Virus record (IMG/VR): IMGVR_UViG_3300032247_000617
Coordinates: 1 to 26,483 of that record
Source of the DNA: a virus
Taxonomy: Duplodnaviria; Caudoviricetes
Length of the DNA: 26,483 bases
Reading direction: 5' to 3' (one strand)
This document shows, one piece after another, positions 18,002 through 26,451 of this stretch (the stretch's first letter is position 1; the number at the start of each line of letters is the position of its first letter). Below the pieces are notes generated by a model. That model saw only the letters and a list, made by a program, of their open reading frames with translations. It had not been told where the DNA came from and made no database searches. The position numbers and the translations under genes were made by a program.

Positions 18002-18657
18002 TGACCGCTGATATAATACCTATTAGTTACATGAGCGGTACAGGTGGAAATTTTCTTTGCCATTTTATTGTTTCAGCAAAGTATAATGACTTTGACAAAT
18101 ATGCATTGAAACTAAGCATATATGGAAACGCACACGGCAATGGTGCAGACATACCAATAGCACCCTATGCACCTTATGATAGTGATGAGAAAAAGATAGA
18201 TTATTTGTTATCATATAATATAGCAACAGATAAAATTAAACCTTACTATACTTTGGGTCATATAGTTGACTCACAACTAATCACTAAAAATTTTAAAAAA
18301 TCAATTCGTATTACGTATGATAAGGATGATATTGACTTATTAACTAATATCTTTATAGGTAAGTATGTATCAGACAGCAAAAATTTAGTTAGAAATAAAC
18401 TTTCAATTTTTATACCAGCAACAAAATTTCAATTAGTAAAAAACAGTACAAATTTTGTTTATGAACACCACAATAATGTATTGTGTGTAAGTTGGAAAAA
18501 TATATATCATGACAACCCCTCAATACTAATTGATAAGCTACATAAATTTACTGACATTCCAATGGCAAACTTTTCAGTAGACCAGTTACTTCAGTGGAGA
18601 GACACAACACGTTTGGGTGCAAATACGGTAGAGAAACGTATACGGGAAGAAAAATGA
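18001..18657 (+). CDS. Sulfotransferase-fold/P-loop-like protein, paralogue 1
   Basis: N-terminal YMSGTGGNFL loop; C-terminal VSWKNIYHDNP...L..F resembles the sulfotransferase YEDL..dP...l..Fl block. Confidence 0.55.
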   Translation: MTADIIPISYMSGTGGNFLCHFIVSAKYNDFDKYALKLSIYGNAHGNGADIPIAPYAPYDSDEKKIDYLLSYNIATDKIKPYYTLGHIVDSQLITKNFKKSIRITYDKDDIDLLTNIFIGKYVSDSKNLVRNKLSIFIPATKFQLVKNSTNFVYEHHNNVLCVSWKNIYHDNPSILIDKLHKFTDIPMANFSVDQLLQWRDTTRLGANTVEKRIREEK

Positions 18658-19322
18658 ATGAAGATATTATACCCATAACTTATATGAGTGGTACAGGTGG
18701 AAATTTTCTTTGTCATTTTATACTAAGCGCCAAAAATAATAATAAAAATAATATAACATTTAGCAAATATGGAAACGCCCATCATGGATTAAAAGATGGG
18801 CAGGTTCCGGGTAATGTACATGATTCGGATATAGATAAAATTAAAAACATACTTGATGTTTGTAAAAATAAAATTAATTTTTATAAAAATAAAGTTGACA
18901 AACCGTTCTATGTAATTTCTCATATCCGTGATATAAAATTGCTTAGTATGTATTTTAAAAGATTTATACGAATTACGTATGAGTTAGATGACGTTGATGA
19001 ATTAGCAAAAGTGTTTTTAGCTAAAGCTATAGTAGAACCTTCTGATAGCGTAACAGAAACATTTATGATTCCGCAACTAGTTAATATACTTAATGAACAG
19101 TCAGAATATTTTAAACATGTTGATGGGTATGAATCCTCAATATTTGTGTCATGGAAAAATCTTTATCATGATGATCCATCAATATTAGTTGAAAAACTGC
19201 ACAACTTCACCAACATACCTAGGGAAAATTTTTCAGTAGACCTAGTGACACAGTGGAGAATTGCAACAAATCACGGTATTGATTATATAAATACTTCTTT
19301 AAAAGAACTCGGTGAATTATGA
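18654..19322 (+). CDS. Sulfotransferase-fold/P-loop-like protein, paralogue 2
   Basis: Start reassigned to ATG 18654 (ATGA overlap; MNEDIIP aligns with the paralogues); same motifs as paralogue 1. Confidence 0.55.
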   Translation: MNEDIIPITYMSGTGGNFLCHFILSAKNNNKNNITFSKYGNAHHGLKDGQVPGNVHDSDIDKIKNILDVCKNKINFYKNKVDKPFYVISHIRDIKLLSMYFKRFIRITYELDDVDELAKVFLAKAIVEPSDSVTETFMIPQLVNILNEQSEYFKHVDGYESSIFVSWKNLYHDDPSILVEKLHNFTNIPRENFSVDLVTQWRIATNHGIDYINTSLKELGEL

Positions 19323-19984
19323 ATGAAGATATCATACCCATAGCCTATATGAGTGGTACAGGTGGAAATTTTCTCTGCCATTTAATAGTAAGTGCTAAAA
19401 GAAATAGTAAAGAATTACTTAAACTTAGTGAATACGGAAATGCTCATGGGGGATTAAAAGATATCCACAGCCCTTTTTTAGGACCAGATGCGCCCGACAT
19501 GGAAAAGGTTAACCATATACTTAGCAAAACAAACACTACCACTACTAGTAAACCTTATTATACTGCATTACATATTAATGACACACAGTTACTTGGTATG
19601 TATTTTAAAAGATTTATACGAATTACGTATGAGTTAGATGACGTTGATGAATTAGCAAAAGTATTTTTGGGTAAACATGGAATCGACTGTTTTAATATAA
19701 AGCCAACGCCTACACAGTTAAAATTTTATTTTAATAAAGATAAAACTGCAATTTTAAAAATGTTTAATTATTTTAATTACAGTAAAAAATTTCCCAATTC
19801 GTTGTTCATATCCTGGAAGGAACTATATCACGGTGATCCTTCTTTTCTAATACATAGTTTACACCGATTTACCGAAATCCCTATAGAAAATTTTGATATA
19901 GATTCTTTGTTACATTGGAGAGATGTTACTAAGAATGGAATTGATATGATAGATGAAATTTTAAATGGGCAACAAAATACGTAA
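19319..19984 (+). CDS. Sulfotransferase-fold/P-loop-like protein, paralogue 3
   Basis: MNEDIIPIAYMSGTGGNFLCH, YGNAH, ISWKELYHGDP; ATGA overlap. Confidence 0.55.
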   Translation: MNEDIIPIAYMSGTGGNFLCHLIVSAKRNSKELLKLSEYGNAHGGLKDIHSPFLGPDAPDMEKVNHILSKTNTTTTSKPYYTALHINDTQLLGMYFKRFIRITYELDDVDELAKVFLGKHGIDCFNIKPTPTQLKFYFNKDKTAILKMFNYFNYSKKFPNSLFISWKELYHGDPSFLIHSLHRFTEIPIENFDIDSLLHWRDVTKNGIDMIDEILNGQQNT

Positions 19985-20010
19985 TAAATATATTTTTAAC
20001 ACACAGGAGA
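19984..20010 (+). promoter_or_regulatory. Candidate T4-like late promoter (ATAAATA) and RBS AGGAGA upstream of ahpC
   Basis: ATAAATA at 19984-19990 in a short intergenic gap. Confidence 0.45.
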
Positions 20011-20016
20011 AAAGTT

Positions 20017-20562
20017 ATGAAAACAATAGGCGATAAATTAACCAGTTTTGCAGTTACTGGAGTAAAACCAGGTGCATTGACACCAGACAATGCATTTGAG
20101 ACAATCACCGAAAAGAGTTTTGAAGGTAAGTGGAAAGTAATCGTTTACTATCCAAAAGATTTTACATTCGTATGCCCAACAGAAATCGTAGCATATGATG
20201 CATTGCGTACTCAATTTGAAGACCGTGATGCTGTATTATTAATTGGTAGTACAGACAATGAGTTCTGTAAATTAGCATGGCGTAATGCACATGAAGATTT
20301 AAAGAAAACAAATTCATGGTCATTCGCAGACGTTGCACGTGGCGAGCTATCATTGGCAAATCAGTTAGGAATTTTCTTTGAACCAGCAGGCGCCGCATTA
20401 CGTGCTACATTTATTGTTGACCCAAGCAATACAATTCAACACGTTACGGTAAACAATTTAGACGTTGGTCGTAACCCAGATGAAGCATTGCGTGTATTAG
20501 ATGCATTGCAAACTGGCGAGTTATGCCCTTGCAGTCGTCCAATTGGCGGTGAAACACTATAA
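20017..20562 (+). CDS. ahpC: Peroxiredoxin AhpC (AhpD-dependent type)
   Basis: YPKDFTFVCPTE peroxidatic Cys, RATFIVDP, VGRN, C-terminal LCPC. Confidence 0.96.
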   Translation: MKTIGDKLTSFAVTGVKPGALTPDNAFETITEKSFEGKWKVIVYYPKDFTFVCPTEIVAYDALRTQFEDRDAVLLIGSTDNEFCKLAWRNAHEDLKKTNSWSFADVARGELSLANQLGIFFEPAGAALRATFIVDPSNTIQHVTVNNLDVGRNPDEALRVLDALQTGELCPCSRPIGGETL

Positions 20563-20969
20563 TGCTTGACTGCCTGATACTAGGTGATAGTATCGCCGTA
20601 GGAACACACCAATTTAAACAAGAGTGTGTTGCCTACGCTAAAGGTGGTATTAATAGTTGGCAATGGCGAAAACAGTATCTTGAAAAAGACAACGGCAACA
20701 ATCTTGTTGCACAGAATGTGATTATTAGCTTGGGGTCAAATGACCATAAGGGAGTAAAAACAAAAGAAGAACTTTCAAGAATTCGTACAGCAGTTAGAGC
20801 CAAAAAAGTATTTTGGATATTACCGGCAGTTAAGCCTGATATCCAAGATATTGTAAAAGAAATTGCTTTGGGATTTGGGGATACAGTATTACCTATTACC
20901 AGATTACAACCAGATGGTATTCATCCTAGTTGGGCAGGTTATAAAGAATTAGCGGAGAAATCAAAATGA
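20562..20969 (+). CDS. Small SGNH/GDSL hydrolase
   Basis: ILGDSIAVG, SLGSND and DGIHP give a complete set of SGNH blocks. Confidence 0.85.
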   Translation: MLDCLILGDSIAVGTHQFKQECVAYAKGGINSWQWRKQYLEKDNGNNLVAQNVIISLGSNDHKGVKTKEELSRIRTAVRAKKVFWILPAVKPDIQDIVKEIALGFGDTVLPITRLQPDGIHPSWAGYKELAEKSK

Positions 20970-21550
20970 ACAATGTAAATGATATAAACAGTGCGAATAA
21001 CACTATGCCACCGATTACCGTTAACGGCGATTGGGTAAAATCAGTATCGGAAAGCATTCCTGACTACTGTAAAGATATTAAGTTAAACTTAGAATCTATA
21101 ATGACACGACATGGATTAGATCCAATTGATGCACATGCTTGTGCATATGTGGCAGCTATAGCATGTAACAACGGAGCACTAGCATTTGAGATTGAAATGA
21201 ATAGTCCATTGTTTTCAGAACAAGCTGATCCTGAACGCAGTGCAATGAAAACCGCTGCCGCATTAATGGCAATGAATAACATATATTATCCTTTTGCTGA
21301 AATGGTAGAAGACCCTGCGCTGAAGGGTTTACCTGTTGGCTTAAGAATGAACGCTTATGCAAATCACGGTGGTGTTTCTAAGAAAAAATTTGAGATGTAT
21401 GCATTAGCCGCTAGCATTATTGGCAAGTGCGAGTTCTGCGTTAAAAATCACTATGATGCACTTAAAAAAGAAGGAATGACTATTCAACAGTTACAAGCAG
21501 TTGGTAAGATTGCCGCAATCGTTAATGCGATAGGTAAAGTAGCATTATAA
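20966..21550 (+). CDS. ahpD: Alkyl hydroperoxide reductase AhpD (carboxymuconolactone decarboxylase family)
   Basis: IPDYCKDIKLNL, AALMAMNNIYY, GLRMN, FEMYALAAS, CEFCVKNH (CxxC plus His). The start may be slightly downstream. Confidence 0.93.
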   Translation: MNNVNDINSANNTMPPITVNGDWVKSVSESIPDYCKDIKLNLESIMTRHGLDPIDAHACAYVAAIACNNGALAFEIEMNSPLFSEQADPERSAMKTAAALMAMNNIYYPFAEMVEDPALKGLPVGLRMNAYANHGGVSKKKFEMYALAASIIGKCEFCVKNHYDALKKEGMTIQQLQAVGKIAAIVNAIGKVAL

Positions 21551-21554
21551 TACA

Positions 21555-22100
21555 ATGGAAGTCGATAAAGACGCTTTCTCTAGTGGTCAAGTTGGTAGTA
21601 AGATTTGGCTATGTGAAGAATTAGAAAGAACAGGCTGGTCTAGCAAAACAACTCACATATACGGTGGTTGGTATGGCATGACAGCCTTTCTTCTATTAAG
21701 TCGAGGTAAGTTCAAAGTGGGCAACATTAGAAGCTATGACGTTGACCCGCAATGTGAAGTTATAGCAGACCTAATCAATCAAAATTGGGTTTATCGTAAT
21801 TGGATTTTTAAAGCATTCACTCAAGATTGTAATTCAACAGTTAAAGGTGAGCGTGACTTAGTAATTAACACATCAACTGAACATTTTGAATCAATGGATT
21901 GGTTCAACAATATACCTGAAGGTACACGAATTATTATTCAAGGTAATGATATGCCACATGATGACCATTTTGTGCATAGCGCATCACTAGATGATTTCAT
22001 AAAACACTATCCACTCAGTGAATATAAATTTACGGGTACAAAACATTTTCAATATGAAACATGGGGATTTACCAGATACATGGTAATTGGCATCAAATGA
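21555..22100 (+). CDS. Putative class I SAM-dependent methyltransferase
   Basis: Gly-rich IYGGWYG, acidic SYDVDP, VINTSTEH. Confidence 0.65.
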   Translation: MEVDKDAFSSGQVGSKIWLCEELERTGWSSKTTHIYGGWYGMTAFLLLSRGKFKVGNIRSYDVDPQCEVIADLINQNWVYRNWIFKAFTQDCNSTVKGERDLVINTSTEHFESMDWFNNIPEGTRIIIQGNDMPHDDHFVHSASLDDFIKHYPLSEYKFTGTKHFQYETWGFTRYMVIGIK

Positions 22101-22630
22101 GCGAACACTTAAAATTTATCAGCAATTTAATTGAACTTGATTTAAAATACGGCCCTTTCATAACAGGTAGCTATATGACATGGCAACTTGAAAAACGTAT
22201 AGATAACCCTGAATGGACTCCCGAAGATTTAGATATTTGTTGTACAAGTGAAGGTCAATTTCAACAAGTAAAACAAATACTAGAGCCACTTGCTACTGAT
22301 ATTAAAGAAACTAATTGGTTAGGTCATAGTGGTACATATTGGACAATTGATGGCTTTAAGTATCAAGCATTTGTGCATCCCGTAACAGTAGAAGAACGAT
22401 TAAATATCGTAGATTATACTATAACAGCTATTGCATGTGATGGTAAAAAATACATTACTGGTAAAGACACACTGGATGATATTGTAAAGAAAATAATTAG
22501 ACTAAACGATAATGTCTATGGATGGCCTGTTGAAAGTATTATGGGTCGTTATAAAAAATACCTAAATAGAGGGTATAAAGATGTAAACAACGATACCTTA
22601 ATGAGGCTCAATAAAATTTATGAAACCTGA
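22097..22630 (+). CDS. Nucleotidyltransferase (CCA/poly(A) polymerase head-like)
   Basis: FITGS...PEDLDI (GS plus DxD), DYTITAIA resembling RDFTINA, RYKKYLNRGY; start reassigned to the ATGA overlap. Confidence 0.7.
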   Translation: MSEHLKFISNLIELDLKYGPFITGSYMTWQLEKRIDNPEWTPEDLDICCTSEGQFQQVKQILEPLATDIKETNWLGHSGTYWTIDGFKYQAFVHPVTVEERLNIVDYTITAIACDGKKYITGKDTLDDIVKKIIRLNDNVYGWPVESIMGRYKKYLNRGYKDVNNDTLMRLNKIYET

Positions 22631-23333
22631 ACAAATTTTTAGCACATATATACAACAAGACAATAAAAATCTATTTGAAGTTTTTAATGATAAAAGTTTA
22701 AATATAGATTGGAAAAATGTTTCTATACTTGATTATGGTTGTAACCAAGGTAATTATTTAAATTCTGCACGTGAGTTTATTGACACGGATAAATATATTG
22801 GGGCGGACATAACACAACTTTCTATATTAAATGCTTCTATGAATCATATAGACTGTAAATTTTTACATTATGATAAATGGCATCAAGCATATAACCCCAA
22901 CGGTGATAAGAATATTAAACTAAGCTATGTATTGCATCAAAAATTTGATGTAATATTGTGCTATAGTGTTTTTACTCATAACACAATAGAACAAGCTAAA
23001 GAAGAACTAGAAGATTTAAAAAAATTATTAAATCCCAATGGTGTCATACTTTTTACAATATGGCGAAAAGAAATATTTGAACCATTTAGCAACTGGATAC
23101 TAGAGCGTTTTGATAATGTTGAACCAATAGATTTTAAATCATTGCAATATAAAAAATATGCATACTGGTTAGATACTTCATATGTAGTTACAGATGTAGA
23201 TAATTTTGAATCATTGGATAACAAGTCTTTTAATACATATTATGATTTAGAGTGGTTTAAAAATGAAATGAAACCCGCAGTGCATTTGGGTATGCCTGCA
23301 AACCAACATCAAGACTTATTTTATTTAAAATGA
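22620..23333 (+). CDS. Class I SAM-dependent methyltransferase
   Basis: ILDYGCNQG, YIGADI, FDVILCYSVFTH, LNPNGVILFT. Confidence 0.88.
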   Translation: MKPEQIFSTYIQQDNKNLFEVFNDKSLNIDWKNVSILDYGCNQGNYLNSAREFIDTDKYIGADITQLSILNASMNHIDCKFLHYDKWHQAYNPNGDKNIKLSYVLHQKFDVILCYSVFTHNTIEQAKEELEDLKKLLNPNGVILFTIWRKEIFEPFSNWILERFDNVEPIDFKSLQYKKYAYWLDTSYVVTDVDNFESLDNKSFNTYYDLEWFKNEMKPAVHLGMPANQHQDLFYLK

Positions 23334-23920
23334 AAATAGTAATTACTGGACACACTCGAGGCTTAGGGCTACACATATATAATCATTTTATGAACTCGGG
23401 GCATGAGGTTATTGGACTATCTAGATCCAATGGGTATGACTTAGAGACTGACATAGATAAAGTAATTAACTTTGTGAAAAATAGCAAATGTGATTACTTT
23501 TTTAACAATGCATACGTTGGGATTACCCAAGCTATATTAATTAAAGAATTATCAGAACATACCATTGTGATTACGTCAGGCTCCATGGCTGCAAATGGAT
23601 ATGCACTTTACAAAATCCATAACCCATACTGTGTAGATAAATATAAAATAGAAATGACACATATTGATGTTAAAAGAAATAACATATTACCTATGTTGTT
23701 GTTGAAGATGGGTTACTTGGAAAATTACTCAGACAAAGATCCTATTAAATATTCTGAAATTTTAAGTGCCATTGATTTTTGGTTTACTAATACTAGGGTA
23801 AGTTTAATTGAATTTGGTAATATAAATTACGACAAAAACATTAAACCCAATTACCCGCAACATGTTGATATTAGTATTGATGAAATTATTTTTAATAAAA
23901 GTTTGGAAAATAAATTGTGA
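23330..23920 (+). CDS. Short-chain dehydrogenase/reductase-like NAD(P)-binding protein
   Basis: KIVITGHTRGLG, FNNA, SGS, YCVDK (YxxxK). Confidence 0.8.
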   Translation: MKIVITGHTRGLGLHIYNHFMNSGHEVIGLSRSNGYDLETDIDKVINFVKNSKCDYFFNNAYVGITQAILIKELSEHTIVITSGSMAANGYALYKIHNPYCVDKYKIEMTHIDVKRNNILPMLLLKMGYLENYSDKDPIKYSEILSAIDFWFTNTRVSLIEFGNINYDKNIKPNYPQHVDISIDEIIFNKSLENKL

Positions 23921-24468
23921 TAAAAATTTTAAACGATATTGATATAACTGACATTTTAGCAGAATACCATAAACTAGAATCCAACATTCAATGGACTAGT
24001 AGTGGTCATAAAGGTAGACAGGCCGGCTTGCAATATAAAGCTGAAACGAATCCTTGGAACTCTGAAACAAAAATAAATCCAGAAACAAATCAACCTTGGA
24101 CTCAAAATGAATGGAACAGTGCTGTGGGTAGAAATCAAGGTATGGAACTATCGTATAACCAATTAAATCCTTTTTTCAAAGATACTATTTTTGAAAAATT
24201 AATTGTTGATTATAAGATGACACGCACACGTTTAATGTGGGTTAATCATATGAGTTGTTATAGCGTACACAAAGATTCAACACCTAGAGTACATATTCCA
24301 TTAATAACTAATCCAGAATGCTATTTTGTATTTAAAGATGGGGAAGATGCAAAATTGACTCATATGAAAACAGGTCATGTATATTGGGCAGACACTAGAA
24401 AAAATCATACATTTATAAATTGTTCAGAAATGGAACGATTACATTTAGTTGGTGTAGTAGAAAGTTAA
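23917..24468 (+). CDS. Aspartyl/asparaginyl beta-hydroxylase-like Fe(II)/2OG oxygenase
   Basis: YSVHKD (HxD), RVHIPLITN, HTFIN...RLHLV; GTGA overlap. Confidence 0.8.
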   Translation: MIKILNDIDITDILAEYHKLESNIQWTSSGHKGRQAGLQYKAETNPWNSETKINPETNQPWTQNEWNSAVGRNQGMELSYNQLNPFFKDTIFEKLIVDYKMTRTRLMWVNHMSCYSVHKDSTPRVHIPLITNPECYFVFKDGEDAKLTHMKTGHVYWADTRKNHTFINCSEMERLHLVGVVES

Positions 24469-24469
24469 A

Positions 24470-25015
24470 ATGGATAAAATTGAAGTTTTAGTACTATCAT
24501 CAGAAAATAAAACTGAATTCACTAAAAAACTGACTGCAGGATTAACCGAGTACTTCAAGTCTGATGTAGATAATCTTCCTGACAATTATGGATATAAACT
24601 GCCATGGAGCCTGTTAAGTTTACTTAGGGATGATAATCTAGATACATATGCATTAGTCTATGTTAATGATAGGATATGGGGTGGTAGCGGCGGTATTATT
24701 AGATACATGGATGATAAGAAAATATATCAAGGTGGGTTTAGATGGTTCTCTAATGCCGAAAATATTGTACAAGGTTTAGGATGTATGAAGGCTTACATTC
24801 ATACACACACAATGACAGACCAGTTTAAAAGAGCAAAAGAACAAAACTGTGACGAATATATCTTATCGTTTAACAACTACAATCAAAGACTGTTTGACAT
24901 AAGTAGAAAATATCATCTAAGAAAAGCATTTCCAAATACGGTGTTTAAACCTAGTGATGGTCTTGTGTTGTTTAACGGTGTGATGCAACAACTATTAATT
25001 GTGGATTTAAAATAA
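24470..25015 (+). CDS. Hypothetical protein, possibly GNAT-fold
   Basis: Order of elements (LVYVN..IWGGSG, GFRWF, helix, LSFNNYN) loosely fits GNAT; weak evidence. Confidence 0.4.
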   Translation: MDKIEVLVLSSENKTEFTKKLTAGLTEYFKSDVDNLPDNYGYKLPWSLLSLLRDDNLDTYALVYVNDRIWGGSGGIIRYMDDKKIYQGGFRWFSNAENIVQGLGCMKAYIHTHTMTDQFKRAKEQNCDEYILSFNNYNQRLFDISRKYHLRKAFPNTVFKPSDGLVLFNGVMQQLLIVDLK

Positions 25016-25016
25016 A

Positions 25017-25652
25017 ATGTTTACTGTAATTAAAAATTGTAGCCCGTATTATATACTGTTCACATATGATGGATTAGCTGAGTACATCAAAACATTGCAA
25101 GACATCGTTAACAAATCTGAATTTGTCGTTTCTAATAATAAAAGTGTTACCGCAATACAAGAGGTGTTTCCTACTTACCGCACAGAAGAATCGTACATAA
25201 AAAATGAAGAAGACTTAAAATTGATAATAGATGACAATCCATGTACACGGTTCTTGCATTTGGATAGAAGCGCAGTGTTTTTAACTACATACCCCAAAGT
25301 TAAAAGCCCCATACATATAGATATGAATGGTTCACTGAACACACCAGTTCAATTTAGAATAAACTATCCGGTTGTAGTAAAAGATGATAAGTGCATTACT
25401 AGTTGGTATAGGTCAGAAAGCATTACTCCGCATAAAAACATTCCATATATGGAAGATATGTTGAATAAAGTAGAACCTTTGGAGTCACTGCATTTTTCTC
25501 AAGATTATGCAATATTGTTTAACACTACTATGTACCATGACTGGGATAATACACAAAGTGAAAATAATCGAACAATACTTGGACTGAGAGCAGACAAGAA
25601 TCACTTTGACACTACCTTTGATGATGCTAGGAAAATTCTATTTGGAATATGA
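25017..25652 (+). CDS. Fe(II)/2OG oxygenase-like (double-stranded beta-helix) protein
   Basis: PIHID, RINYPV, ILFNTTMYHDWDN, RTILGLR. Confidence 0.7.
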   Translation: MFTVIKNCSPYYILFTYDGLAEYIKTLQDIVNKSEFVVSNNKSVTAIQEVFPTYRTEESYIKNEEDLKLIIDDNPCTRFLHLDRSAVFLTTYPKVKSPIHIDMNGSLNTPVQFRINYPVVVKDDKCITSWYRSESITPHKNIPYMEDMLNKVEPLESLHFSQDYAILFNTTMYHDWDNTQSENNRTILGLRADKNHFDTTFDDARKILFGI

Positions 25653-25653
25653 T

Positions 25654-26304
25654 ATGAGTAATAATTTACTATTTGCAACAGTTGACTTGCCACCCATTGA
25701 TAAAGCAAAAGCAGTGGCAGAAATTGAACCACTATTAAACACTGATGCAGTATTTTGGGATGCGTATAGAGAAATCAGTATGATACCCTTAGTGACCAAA
25801 ACAGGTATGTTGGGGGCAGAAAGCATCTCTAACCGTCATCAAGGTGAGTTTGTGTGGGCAGAACACACCCCACCTACTATTAAAGAATATTTTGACAACA
25901 TTGTATTCCCGTGGATCGGTATGCGTAGTAGATTAATGATTCTTATCACTCAGCCTGGTGCAAAGAACGCTATACACATAGACAGCAAGATACATGAAGT
26001 AGGTACAAAGAAGCACAAGTTTCGTATTGTGTTACAAGGTCGAACTGATACACTGTTCTTTAGAACAAATGCAGGTGATATACATGTTCCTGAAGTAGAT
26101 GGCGCATTTTTAATGGATGGTAGTTGGGTACACGGCATGGACAACGAAACAGACAAAGTAAAACTGACACTAGCATTGGGTAGCCCATGGGAAGGCTTTG
26201 ATGAGTATGGCCCAGAAGTAAAAATTCTGATGGACCGCAGAGACCATGAACTACCCAACAACCTCAGCGACTATGAGGAAAAACCCGGCACTGCAACATA
26301 CTGA
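25654..26304 (+). CDS. Asp/Asn beta-hydroxylase-like Fe(II)/2OG oxygenase
   Basis: QPGAKNAIHID, KFRIVL, MDGSWVHGMDN, KLTL; start reassigned to the ATG just after the upstream stop. Confidence 0.7.
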   Translation: MSNNLLFATVDLPPIDKAKAVAEIEPLLNTDAVFWDAYREISMIPLVTKTGMLGAESISNRHQGEFVWAEHTPPTIKEYFDNIVFPWIGMRSRLMILITQPGAKNAIHIDSKIHEVGTKKHKFRIVLQGRTDTLFFRTNAGDIHVPEVDGAFLMDGSWVHGMDNETDKVKLTLALGSPWEGFDEYGPEVKILMDRRDHELPNNLSDYEEKPGTATY

Positions 26305-26324
26305 CACTTTGGGCAACCAGAAAT

Positions 26325-26353
26325 TTGACTTTAATTCAAAGGTCATGTATACT
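26325..26353 (+). promoter_or_regulatory. Sigma70-type (early) promoter 1
   Basis: TTGACT, 17 bp spacer, TATACT. Confidence 0.8.
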
Positions 26354-26422
26354 GCTCTCATGTGTTGAGAAATCAATACATAAAGAAAGTGTGTAGTTTG
26401 GGCAAACTAACGAAAAAAGTTG

Positions 26423-26451
26423 TTGACAACAATTCGATAAGGTGCTATACT
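26423..26451 (+). promoter_or_regulatory. Sigma70-type (early) promoter 2 with extended -10 and A-rich UP-like tract
   Basis: TTGACA, 17 bp spacer, TG-c-TATACT; A-tract at 26413-26418. Confidence 0.88.

Noticed and set aside
18001-19984. Diversity-generating retroelement or shufflon as an explanation for the paralogue repeats
   Set aside because: The shared patch is exactly identical rather than adenine-mutated, the repeats are direct, and no reverse transcriptase or invertase is in the window.
24040-24122. Short imperfect internal repeat ETNPWNS/ETNQPW/EWNS in the first oxygenase
   Set aside because: Probably a local loop duplication; too short and degenerate to interpret.
10159-25653. Longer N-termini in the ORF track (starts 10159, 11635, 15346, 15890, 18594, 22061, 25606)
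   Set aside because: Downstream ATGs have an RBS or stop/start coupling and give sensible N-termini, so starts were reassigned.
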